From Candidatus Dadabacteria bacterium (GTDB lineage: Bacteria; Bacteroidota; Bacteroidia; Chitinophagales; Chitinophagaceae), in assembly GCA_050259715.1 (NCBI GenBank), contig JBLNAY010000203.1, positions 12,798-76,797 of the forward strand: 64,000 nt of DNA, written 5' to 3'. Position numbers and translations under genes: made by a program. Position 1 is the first letter of the stretch. Each line of letters starts with the position of its first letter. Positions 8,227 through 16,961 of the stretch are shown piece by piece. The notes below the pieces were generated by a model that saw nothing but the letters and a program-made list of their open reading frames with translations, made no database searches and was not told the origin of the DNA.

Positions 8227-9807
8227 TTAAACGGACGTCGTCTGTTTAGCTAATTTCTTTTCCTTTCTGTGGTTAGCTCTCCATCCTGAATAAAGGAGAT
8301 TTTTATCAATTTCTGGTTTGGGAAAGAATAAACTTGAGAAATAACCAACAACAATCACTACAAGATGGCTGTATACCCCTAACATCAACTTATCATGCTT
8401 GAAGTTATAATACCCAAAATCTAATAAAAGAGTTTTGTGATCACCTATTCCAATTTTAGTTGAGGTGAGGAAGGCATATGAAGTAAACAGGACACAAGCA
8501 ATAATACCGATGTTTATGCCCTGCTTATTTGTTCTAGCACTAAACAGTCCTAAAAGAAATATACCAACTATCCCACCGGAGAAAATTGCATAAAGAGTAA
8601 ATACTATACCCAACACACCTTCACTGCCAGAATAAACATAGAAAATCCCAATAAGAATTGTAAGAATCCCAGAAAAAACAACAATACCTTTGCTAGCGTG
8701 CAGGTAGTGGCTGTCTGTTTTGCCGCTCTTGAACTTCTTGTAATAGTCTTCAACACCTACTGCGGCAAGGCTATTAAGATCTGCACTCAGGCTACAGATA
8801 GCTGCTGAAATCATGGCTGAAATAATTAAACCAACTACCCCAAAAGGAAGCCTTGTTTTAATAAAGTACGGAAATACCGCTTCGGCTTTAAGTCCTGTTG
8901 GTAATGGCTGTTGCTTGTAAAAAGCAAAAAGAGCAGTTCCTATGAACATAAATATCATCCAAACAGGTACTGTCAACAGTATACCCATTAATGAGGCTCT
9001 TATCGCACCCTTGTCTGTTTTTGCAGTTAAATATCGCTGTACAACTGTCTGGTCAGTTCCATATTTCTGAATGGCATAAAAAGCTCCGTTAATAGCCATT
9101 ACGATAAATGTAAGCCTGGTGAAATCAACAGTATAAGGACCAAAACCCGTTCTGCCATTTTCGGCTGCTATATGAAAAACTTCAGATGGTCCGCCATGAG
9201 TTGAAAAAAGTAATACTGACAAGCATATTATACCACTGGCAAATAGCATAAATCCCTGGAAAACGTCTAACCAAATAACAGCCTCTATACCCCCCAAGAG
9301 ATTGACAGTGATAATTATTAGTCCAACAATACATACGATAGCTATCATGTTGCCTCCCATAATATTTCCAAGAGCAATTGCAAGCAGGAAAAGAACAGTG
9401 CCCATGCCGGAGAACTGTCTCAATACAAAAGCTACAGAACTATAGTACCTGGCGAACGATCCAAATCGCTGTTCGAAATATTCGTATGTACTTAACCGAA
9501 TAACCTTTCTATATAGAGGAACAATAAACCAGATAACAGTTATTAAAACTATCGGAACCATAAGGCCCTGCACCAATAAAATCCAGTTTGACGAGTACCC
9601 GGTGCCGGGATATGCAAGAAAAGTTACACTGCTAATTAATGTTGACAACAAAGACATTCCTATAGCCCATGCCGGAATCCTTCCATGGGCGAGGAAATAA
9701 GACTTGGTTGAAATCTGGTTTTTCTTAAACCGAAAGCCAAAGTATAAGGTAGCTAGAAGAAAGAAAACAATTATAACATAATCGATGATATGCAGAGATG
9801 AATTCAT
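8227..9807 (-). CDS. Sodium:solute symporter (SSS, SiaT/NIS-like subgroup); candidate Dha or threonate importer
   Basis: Multi-TM protein; SSVTFLAYPG, LLGGIEAVIWLD and DQTVVQRYLT motifs. Last gene of the tightly packed ADH-aldolase-pdxA-kinase run. Confidence 0.88.
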   Translation of the reverse strand: MNSSLHIIDYVIIVFFLLATLYFGFRFKKNQISTKSYFLAHGRIPAWAIGMSLLSTLISSVTFLAYPGTGYSSNWILLVQGLMVPIVLITVIWFIVPLYRKVIRLSTYEYFEQRFGSFARYYSSVAFVLRQFSGMGTVLFLLAIALGNIMGGNMIAIVCIVGLIIITVNLLGGIEAVIWLDVFQGFMLFASGIICLSVLLFSTHGGPSEVFHIAAENGRTGFGPYTVDFTRLTFIVMAINGAFYAIQKYGTDQTVVQRYLTAKTDKGAIRASLMGILLTVPVWMIFMFIGTALFAFYKQQPLPTGLKAEAVFPYFIKTRLPFGVVGLIISAMISAAICSLSADLNSLAAVGVEDYYKKFKSGKTDSHYLHASKGIVVFSGILTILIGIFYVYSGSEGVLGIVFTLYAIFSGGIVGIFLLGLFSARTNKQGINIGIIACVLFTSYAFLTSTKIGIGDHKTLLLDFGYYNFKHDKLMLGVYSHLVVIVVGYFSSLFFPKPEIDKNLLYSGWRANHRKEKKLAKQTTSV

Positions 9808-9826
9808 ATAGCACTGATTAAAAAAA

Positions 9827-10963
9827 TTAATTAAAATTCCATTCAGCAGGCCACTGATAACTACCAGGTTTAATTGTTAGAAACAAATTGGGTAAATCTT
9901 TAACGGCCATCCGAACCACACCCTGGCTTAGTTCATGTGTAGGATAAAATGTACTTAACTCGCTTCTTTTAATGATAGAATAAGCTGTAGAGCCACCTTC
10001 AACCAGCAATTCCGTAACCTGATGCTCATTCAAAATGATATTGACTACTTCACTTATCTTATCAGCCAGCATCTTAGGATTGGTTGCATCATGTCCATGG
10101 TTACCAACAGCAATTATTGCCTTTCCCGATGTACTTAAAATAGATAACACATGGTGAGCCCAATTCAATAATTCAGCCTTTTCGATTTGTTGTGACTGGA
10201 AGATATTTTCAGGCATATAAGAAACATAGCGATTGTAATTTTTTATCCTCGAGACATTCAGATTGTAAGTAGTACCACTCACTAGCAGTATAGGGAGTGA
10301 ATAGTTCACTTCCTTACTTTCATCTGATTGGTTAAAGCCTAACGATTTTAAAAGAGCATCAAAAAAGGAAGCGCCTCCTGCCAGGAGTACCTCTGAATCC
10401 ATGAACTTAGTCCAATTTAAAACATCGCCCATAGTTTCCGCATCACCTACTGAGATGCCCGAGGGTAAATGACTTGTCTTTTCCTTAATGATGGACACGG
10501 GAACACCTTCATCACCCAGCATGTCTCTCACGAAAGAAGATTTGATTGGAAACTCCGGATCGTTAGAAAAGCCTGCCTGGTCAACCGGGGTATTCTGGAT
10601 AAAATACCTGCCATTCTTTATGGTCCTTCCTAATAAAGGATTTACTGGAATCAATAATCCCCTGTTTGCTTTCAGTGCCTCCATTTGAGCTTTCATTTCA
10701 GCAAGTACGTGCCCTCGTAAAACTGAATCTGTCTTCTTATAAATTAATTGCGGTTTTTGCGACAGAGCTTTTTCAGTTAATTCACTCATGACAGAAACGG
10801 CTTCATTCTTTTCTAACGATCTTGTATTTGTATACACAACAACGAGATCAGCATCTGGATATATACCAAGGTCAGATACTATAGCAATTTTTAAATTATA
10901 CCTCAGGCCAATTCCTGCTAGTTCGGCAGCTCCTGTGATATCATCAGCTATAACAACAATCAT
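9827..10963 (-). CDS. Four-carbon acid sugar kinase (DUF1537/YgbK family; D-threonate kinase-like)
   Basis: IADDITGA, YKKTDSVLRGH, LVEGGSTA and TIKPGS motifs. ATGA overlap with pdxA at 10960-10963. Confidence 0.9.
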   Translation of the reverse strand: MIVVIADDITGAAELAGIGLRYNLKIAIVSDLGIYPDADLVVVYTNTRSLEKNEAVSVMSELTEKALSQKPQLIYKKTDSVLRGHVLAEMKAQMEALKANRGLLIPVNPLLGRTIKNGRYFIQNTPVDQAGFSNDPEFPIKSSFVRDMLGDEGVPVSIIKEKTSHLPSGISVGDAETMGDVLNWTKFMDSEVLLAGGASFFDALLKSLGFNQSDESKEVNYSLPILLVSGTTYNLNVSRIKNYNRYVSYMPENIFQSQQIEKAELLNWAHHVLSILSTSGKAIIAVGNHGHDATNPKMLADKISEVVNIILNEHQVTELLVEGGSTAYSIIKRSELSTFYPTHELSQGVVRMAVKDLPNLFLTIKPGSYQWPAEWNFN

Positions 10964-11997
10964 GATTTCTTCCTGTTTTTACTCAACTGCACTGCAGATT
11001 CTATTGCCAGCAGCATAGCATCGGGACTTGCAATACCTTTTCCTGCTATTTCGAATGCCGTCCCATGATCTACAGAAGTTCTTATAATAGGAAGACCCAT
11101 TGTAATGTTAACTCCTTTGACACTATCCATTTGTTTTTTTTCAGCATTCCATTTAAAACCCGATAACTTAAACGGGATATGCCCCTGGTCGTGATACATT
11201 GAAACAACACCACCATAAGCACCTGTCGCAGCTTTTGCAAATAATGTATCGGAGGGAACAGGACCCTCAACATCATATCCAGCTTTCCTGGCTTCTAAAA
11301 CTGCTGGGCCGATTTCAAGTTCTTCTTCGGTGCCAAATAAACCATTATCACCCGCATGTGGATTCAAACCAGCAACACCTATTTTTAAATTCTTCTCTCC
11401 AAGTTGTTGCAAGCCGTTTCTTAATAAGCTTATAACTTCCAGGATCCGGTCTTTCTTAACGAGATCACAAGCCTGGCGTAAGGAAACATGGGTTGAAACA
11501 TGAATCACTTTCATGTTCTCTTCAACCAACAACATTGCATATTTCTTTGTACCTGTGTAATGGGCGTATATTTCTGTATGGCCTGCAAAATGATGACCTG
11601 CTTCGTTAATCGATTTTTTATTTATTGGCCCCGTAACGGTGGCATCAACTTCCCCGGCTAAGGCCAACTCAATCACCTTTCTGACAGCTTCAAAAGAAGC
11701 ATTACCAGCCATGGCAGAAATCTGTCCAAGCTTTAACTGCCCGACTGATACATTATTAAGATCTAAAACATCAATCACACCAAATGTAAACCGCGCTTGA
11801 TTGACTTCATTAATGGGATTAAACAAAACATTTAAGCCTAATAGATCTGAAATGTGCTTAAACACTTTTATATCACCGACTATCAAGGGTCGGCAGATTG
11901 AATAGACTCTTTTGTTTAATAGCGCTTTGATAGCAATTTCAGGACCAATGCTAGCCGGATCACCCATTGTGACGGCTATAATAGGAAGTTGATTCAT
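10960..11997 (-). CDS. pdxA2: PdxA-family dehydrogenase, PdxA2 type (D-threonate/erythronate 4-phosphate dehydrogenase)
   Basis: TMGDPASIGPE, GHTE, HVSTHVSL, LNPHAGD, MYHDQGHIP and RTSVDHGTAF motifs. Coupled to a DUF1537 kinase, which is the established pdxA2 context. Confidence 0.88.
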   Translation of the reverse strand: MNQLPIIAVTMGDPASIGPEIAIKALLNKRVYSICRPLIVGDIKVFKHISDLLGLNVLFNPINEVNQARFTFGVIDVLDLNNVSVGQLKLGQISAMAGNASFEAVRKVIELALAGEVDATVTGPINKKSINEAGHHFAGHTEIYAHYTGTKKYAMLLVEENMKVIHVSTHVSLRQACDLVKKDRILEVISLLRNGLQQLGEKNLKIGVAGLNPHAGDNGLFGTEEELEIGPAVLEARKAGYDVEGPVPSDTLFAKAATGAYGGVVSMYHDQGHIPFKLSGFKWNAEKKQMDSVKGVNITMGLPIIRTSVDHGTAFEIAGKGIASPDAMLLAIESAVQLSKNRKKS

Positions 11998-12006
11998 CTT
12001 TTACAT

Positions 12007-12918
12007 TCAAACTTTTAATATGTTCTGCTTCTTGAAACTTTCATAGTCAGCTATGAGCTTCAATTCATCTGCCTGGGATAATGGCTGGAGAGGAGGCATT
12101 ACAAAATGTTCACATAATCCTTCATGATGCATTAATAGTTTTAATGCCCATAATGATTCTCCCAGTAATCTTCCCTTTTGATATATTTCCCCAAGTTTGT
12201 CAGATTGTTGCTGGTAAATAAATGCAAGGTCTTTGTCTGACTTTTCAACTGCGTCCACCATTTGTCGGTAGATTCCAGGAGAAAGGTTACCTGTACTTGG
12301 AATTAGTCCGTCACTTCCATTAATCAAAGCGTACGCAGACCGGGCTGCCCAACCGAGATAATGCACAAAATCATCCCTTTTCTTCCATAAGTGCATTGAA
12401 GTATTTAATCGTTCATCACTTCTCTCTGAATCCTTTGTTCCGATGATATTTGGGTGATAACTCAATTGCTCAATTATTTCCAAAGGAATGGACATATGCG
12501 TCGTTCCTGGTATGTTATAAATTATCAAAGGTCCCGGAAGATAATCAGCAAGTTGTTCAAAGTAGTTTCTAATTTCTTTGTTTGATAATGAATAATAGGA
12601 AGGCAAATGTGCTGCAACTACATCGACTCCATTATCAAAACAATATTTACCGAAGTCAATAGAATCTTCAAGGCAATTCGAAGCTATCCCTGCATATAGA
12701 AAAATTCCAGGATTCCTGTGTCGGACTGCTGTCTTAACGTATTGTTTTTTCATGTGCAAAGGAACAGACGCTGCCTCACCCGTGGTTCCTAATATAAACG
12801 GCATTACACGGTGACCTAAGAAACTCTCGAATATCTTTTCTAATGCACCTTCATCAAGTTTAAAATCGGAAGTTAAAGGTGTAATTGCAGGAACAATTAT
12901 CTGTTTATCTTTTTTCAT
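12007..12918 (-). CDS. DHDPS/NAL-family class I aldolase (aldolase 1)
   Basis: GTTGE, IIYNIP and Schiff-base GTKDS motifs. ATG at 12918 overlaps the Fe-ADH stop (TGATG); the ORF track starts one codon earlier on TTG. Confidence 0.88.
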   Translation of the reverse strand: MKKDKQIIVPAITPLTSDFKLDEGALEKIFESFLGHRVMPFILGTTGEAASVPLHMKKQYVKTAVRHRNPGIFLYAGIASNCLEDSIDFGKYCFDNGVDVVAAHLPSYYSLSNKEIRNYFEQLADYLPGPLIIYNIPGTTHMSIPLEIIEQLSYHPNIIGTKDSERSDERLNTSMHLWKKRDDFVHYLGWAARSAYALINGSDGLIPSTGNLSPGIYRQMVDAVEKSDKDLAFIYQQQSDKLGEIYQKGRLLGESLWALKLLMHHEGLCEHFVMPPLQPLSQADELKLIADYESFKKQNILKV

Positions 12919-14069
12919 CAATAAGCTGCATTATATATTTCGATCGCATCTGCCTCAGTGATAAGCCGCGGATTGTTCTTCAGAAGTCTTTGAATTTTCA
13001 GAGCATTAGCTGCCATCCCGGGAATTACTTCCTTAGGTATATTCACTTCTCTTAATCGGGATGGAATACCGCACTGTGAAATTACAAGCCTGATTTTCTC
13101 TATACCTTTTTTTGCCGTAATGACATCATCTGCATGTTTTTCACATCCCAGTGCTACAGCTACATCTGCATACTTTGCAGGTGAAGCAGGCAAATTATAC
13201 TCTATTACATAAGGCAACAATAAAGCATTTGAAAGTCCATGTGCAAGATGGAACATGCTTCCTAATGGATAGGATAAAGCATGTACAGCAGCAGTATTCA
13301 CAGGACCTAGACAAAACCCTCCCAGAAGACTCCCCATTGCAACATTTGACCGAGCTTCTTTATTAGACCCATTTTTAACTGCTTCAACAAGACTGCCTGC
13401 GATAAGTTGAATTCCTCTCAATGCATACATATCAATAAGCGGATGAGCAAATTTATTGGTATAAGCTTCAAGACAATGAGTCAATGCATCTAATCCTGTT
13501 GCCGCTGTAATTGCAGGTGGTACTGACAACGTTAAAAGAGGATCTACTATTACAAGATCAGGAACAAGGTATTGACTAATAATTCCTTTCTTCTGATTGT
13601 CCTCATCAAGTAAGATTGCATTAGGTGAAACCTCACTACCGGTTCCTGCCGTTGCAGGTAAACAGATCAACTTCTTTTTCCTTTGTTTTAATAACCCTAT
13701 ACCGACATATTCATACAGTGTCTGATCATTGTCCAACTGTGCGGCAATTAATTTCGCCACATCTAACACACTTCCACCACCTACTCCAATTACCACATCA
13801 GGATTGAATTCCTCAACTTCTTCATACAAAGTTTTAAAATCAGCAAATGTTGGTTCGTTTATTATTGTTGTGTTAATAAGAACATCTATTCGTCTTGATG
13901 AAATCTCTTTAATAATATCCTGCAACTGAAGAACAAGGGGTGAGATTGTTATTATTAAAACTTTTTTTGCAAATGTATTCGCGACTTCTTCTGCCAATTG
14001 AGCTAAACTCCCATTTCCAAAAACCAGCTTTCCTGGAAAATTGATATTTATCTGTTCGGGTATATCCAT
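12918..14069 (-). CDS. Iron-containing alcohol dehydrogenase / aldehyde reductase
   Basis: GGGSVLD, TAGTGSE, DALTHCLEAY, HALSYP and HGLSNA (Asp/His3 metal ligands). Confidence 0.92.
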   Translation of the reverse strand: MDIPEQININFPGKLVFGNGSLAQLAEEVANTFAKKVLIITISPLVLQLQDIIKEISSRRIDVLINTTIINEPTFADFKTLYEEVEEFNPDVVIGVGGGSVLDVAKLIAAQLDNDQTLYEYVGIGLLKQRKKKLICLPATAGTGSEVSPNAILLDEDNQKKGIISQYLVPDLVIVDPLLTLSVPPAITAATGLDALTHCLEAYTNKFAHPLIDMYALRGIQLIAGSLVEAVKNGSNKEARSNVAMGSLLGGFCLGPVNTAAVHALSYPLGSMFHLAHGLSNALLLPYVIEYNLPASPAKYADVAVALGCEKHADDVITAKKGIEKIRLVISQCGIPSRLREVNIPKEVIPGMAANALKIQRLLKNNPRLITEADAIEIYNAAY

Positions 14070-14177
14070 ATCGTTTGTAATTTTCTTTCCTCCTTTTACC
14101 AGAGGAATAATTATATTTTACTAATATTCTGAGCCGTCTGTATATCTCACAAATGTGATTACTCCGTTATGGCTATT

Positions 14178-15158
14178 TTAAATGGGAGGATCTAAAGGTA
14201 CCTTTGGCAACATTATTTCCTGCACATCAACAGGTTCGATCTGCAGTCTATCACACCAGATTATAAAAGTCGTATGAATATCATCTAAAGTCTTTTTTTG
14301 CTCAGGGGTAAGCTCCAGGGCATGCGCACGACTAATCGTTCTAACTGGCAATCCTCTTTTTCGCAAAAAGTATTTAGCACTCATTGGATATGCAATATGG
14401 ATTAAAGGATCTACACGTGTAAGCTCGGATTGTAACCATTCAACCTCTTTTGCTTTTTCCGGATTACTTGCATTATTACACATCCATACTAAAACTTCAG
14501 GATAGAAATTTCCGGATATTGACGACATTCCTTTTGCACCCATACGTAATGAGTACATTGCATTAGGAGTGTGAGCATCATAAAACTCCAACTTAGTACT
14601 TTCTCTCGCTATCTCAATTTTAGCTTTAACGTACTCCAGCCTAATAGAAGTATCCTTGTGATATACAAATCTTTGCGTATCCAGTAAGTATTTGAATACA
14701 TCGGCAGACAGTATTCTTTTATATGGGGCAGGGCACTCATACATCCCGAGTGGAATATTTTCGGTCAACCTTAGCATCTTTTCGAAATTTCGTAACAGTA
14801 CATTATCATTATCATCCACATTCGCATAATGGCCTGTAATCAGGATGGCAGCGTCAATACCTGTTTGGTAAATCCTTTTTGTAAATTCCGCTTTGTCCTC
14901 AATAGTTAATCCGAAAGATCCTGTTGCGACCACCGGCACTCGCCCATTGACGTACTTTACAATATGTTCAGTTAATTCCAATCTCTCATCTTCTGTAATA
15001 CTATACATCTCACTGCTTAAACAGTTTGCAAAAAATCCTTTTACTCCAGCAGCCAAGTAAAAGTCAATTAACCTTGAGACTACGTCGAGATCTACTTTGG
15101 CCTTAAGGTTAAAAGGTGTAATCATCACTGGCACAAACTTCTTATCAGTAGTCAACAT
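14178..15158 (-). CDS. DHDPS/NAL-family aldolase (aldolase 2, CLSSE variant)
   Basis: PVMITPF start; FANCLSSEM in place of GTTGE; GMYECP; Schiff-base-position HKDTS. Confidence 0.82.
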   Translation of the reverse strand: MLTTDKKFVPVMITPFNLKAKVDLDVVSRLIDFYLAAGVKGFFANCLSSEMYSITEDERLELTEHIVKYVNGRVPVVATGSFGLTIEDKAEFTKRIYQTGIDAAILITGHYANVDDNDNVLLRNFEKMLRLTENIPLGMYECPAPYKRILSADVFKYLLDTQRFVYHKDTSIRLEYVKAKIEIARESTKLEFYDAHTPNAMYSLRMGAKGMSSISGNFYPEVLVWMCNNASNPEKAKEVEWLQSELTRVDPLIHIAYPMSAKYFLRKRGLPVRTISRAHALELTPEQKKTLDDIHTTFIIWCDRLQIEPVDVQEIMLPKVPLDPPI

Positions 15159-15325
15159 ATTACTTGTATTTAATTGTTCTTCCGGTCAGGAAGTTATAAT
15201 TATAATTTGTTACAGCTTTCCTGTGCTTTATGGTTGTTCTACAAAGTTCACCAGGGTACAAATATTATCAATTGTAATACTGATTACACCATTGCTTTGG
15301 ATTAAACCTTTATTTTTAAACCTCA

Positions 15326-16951
15326 TCATGAGTCAAACTTGTTAATTTGCCTTTCCATACCCGCATGTACAACGTCTTCTTTCAAAATCTGAAGTTTTAA
15401 TCTCCTCTTATTTGCTGTTAATAAAAGCCCGGCGAGGAAAATGGACAGTGTACCAACAACAATGATCATGTTCACATGTAATGGACTTGCAAGAAATTGG
15501 TAATCAGAAGGAAGTTTTTTTGAAAATGTCATCCAAAGTATCACAACTATACCAATGAGAGTGGCAGTAAAGGCCTCTGCACTTTTAGTTTGCCTGCTTA
15601 TGATTCCAAGTAAGAATAACCCAAGCATTCCACCTGCGAATATGCCGGATAATTCCCACCATGCATCCAGGAGGCTCTTGACTCCAATCATAGAAATACC
15701 AGTTATTAGACCAAGAATGCCAAATACAATTGTGGCAGCATGAAGGACAAATAGCTTTCTCTTTTCCCCCAATTTTGGATAAAAATATCTCTTGTAAATG
15801 TCCATTGTAAATACAGTTGCCGAAGCATTCATACCCGAACTTATAGTACTCATAGCAGCAGACAGAATTGCCGATACAATAAGACCTACAAGACCCATAG
15901 GAATTTTGGTAACCATGAAGTGTGGTAATACTTTATCCCCATAATCTGCGGGTTTCAAATCGGCAGTCAATTGATTTATCTGACCGGAGGTAGCGTGTAT
16001 TCCTAACTTATCAATTGCAACCTGTTGTTTGACTGATTCGATCAGTTCCGGGTGTATTTGATAATATGCAAACAAACTGGTACCAATAACAAAGAACAGC
16101 AATGAAGCGGGTACGTATAGTGCAACACACATCCAAACAGACTTTGATGCCTGGCGTGAAGAGGTGGCAGTGTGATAACGCTGAATATAATTTTGGTCCA
16201 TTCCAAAATTGTTCAGGTTAATAAAAAATCCATAAAAGAATACCACCCAGAATGTAGATTCTATAAAATTTGGAGAAAAACTTCCAAGGCTGAATTTCCC
16301 TTGTGTTGATCCGATTTTAATTAAGCCTGATATGCCGCCCGGCATTTCAGTAATGACAAGGTACAAAATGAGCACAGCTCCTAACGTTTTTATAATTCCC
16401 TGGACCACCTCTGTCCAGATTACTGCCTCCATTCCTCCTAATACTGTATAGATGATAATTGAAATTCCCATTACAATCATGATGAGGGACATGTCAAATC
16501 CTGTCAATGCCTGGAGGCTTAATGCAATTCCAAAGAATATGGAACCCATTCTTGCCAATTGAGTTAACAGAAAACAAATTACAGTATAAGTCCTTGCCCA
16601 GGGTCCAAACCTGTTTTCGAGGTGTGTATAAGCAGAAATTTCACCGGTCTTCCTGTAAAATGGTACGAAGTATTTAGAAGCTATCCATGCAGCAAATGGC
16701 ATAGATAAACTGAATACAAAGGAATTCCAGTTGGTCCCAAAAGCTTTTCCGGGTACTCCCAGGAAGGTATTGCTACTTAGGAATGTGGCATATATTGATA
16801 AACCTATCGCCCACCCGGGAACTCGTCCCGATGCCTTAGTGAATTGGTCAGAGTTCTTGTTTCGTCTTGAAAAGTAGAAGCCTACAAGTATCATTCCCAG
16901 TAGATAAATAAAAATTACTGTAAGGTCAAATACAGGTAGATTTTTTACCAT
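15326..16951 (-). CDS. Sodium:solute symporter (SSS, SiaT/NIS-like); candidate Kdo importer
   Basis: SSNTFLGVPG, VLGGMEAVIWTE and DQNYIQRYHT motifs. Lies between the GH33-like gene and aldolase 2. Confidence 0.88.
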   Translation of the reverse strand: MVKNLPVFDLTVIFIYLLGMILVGFYFSRRNKNSDQFTKASGRVPGWAIGLSIYATFLSSNTFLGVPGKAFGTNWNSFVFSLSMPFAAWIASKYFVPFYRKTGEISAYTHLENRFGPWARTYTVICFLLTQLARMGSIFFGIALSLQALTGFDMSLIMIVMGISIIIYTVLGGMEAVIWTEVVQGIIKTLGAVLILYLVITEMPGGISGLIKIGSTQGKFSLGSFSPNFIESTFWVVFFYGFFINLNNFGMDQNYIQRYHTATSSRQASKSVWMCVALYVPASLLFFVIGTSLFAYYQIHPELIESVKQQVAIDKLGIHATSGQINQLTADLKPADYGDKVLPHFMVTKIPMGLVGLIVSAILSAAMSTISSGMNASATVFTMDIYKRYFYPKLGEKRKLFVLHAATIVFGILGLITGISMIGVKSLLDAWWELSGIFAGGMLGLFLLGIISRQTKSAEAFTATLIGIVVILWMTFSKKLPSDYQFLASPLHVNMIIVVGTLSIFLAGLLLTANKRRLKLQILKEDVVHAGMERQINKFDS

Positions 16952-16961
16952 AATTCGTATT

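Noticed and set aside
1764-10963. Oxidative apiose pathway (ApsD, OiaK, OiaX) as the explanation for the Gfo/Idh/MocA, DUF1537 and TIM-barrel genes
   Set aside because: No apionate lactonase or oxidoisomerase is recognisable, the TIM barrel has a signal peptide, the kinase is paired with PdxA2, and an ApsI-like isomerase is present. Not formally excluded.
10960-11997. pdxA as a vitamin B6 biosynthesis gene
   Set aside because: It is coupled to a DUF1537 kinase inside a sugar locus, which is the catabolic PdxA2 context; no other pdx genes are nearby.
12007-15158. The DHDPS-family genes as lysine-biosynthesis dapA
   Set aside because: Two divergent copies among transporters and CAZymes, with no dap/lys neighbours; a catabolic role is more likely.
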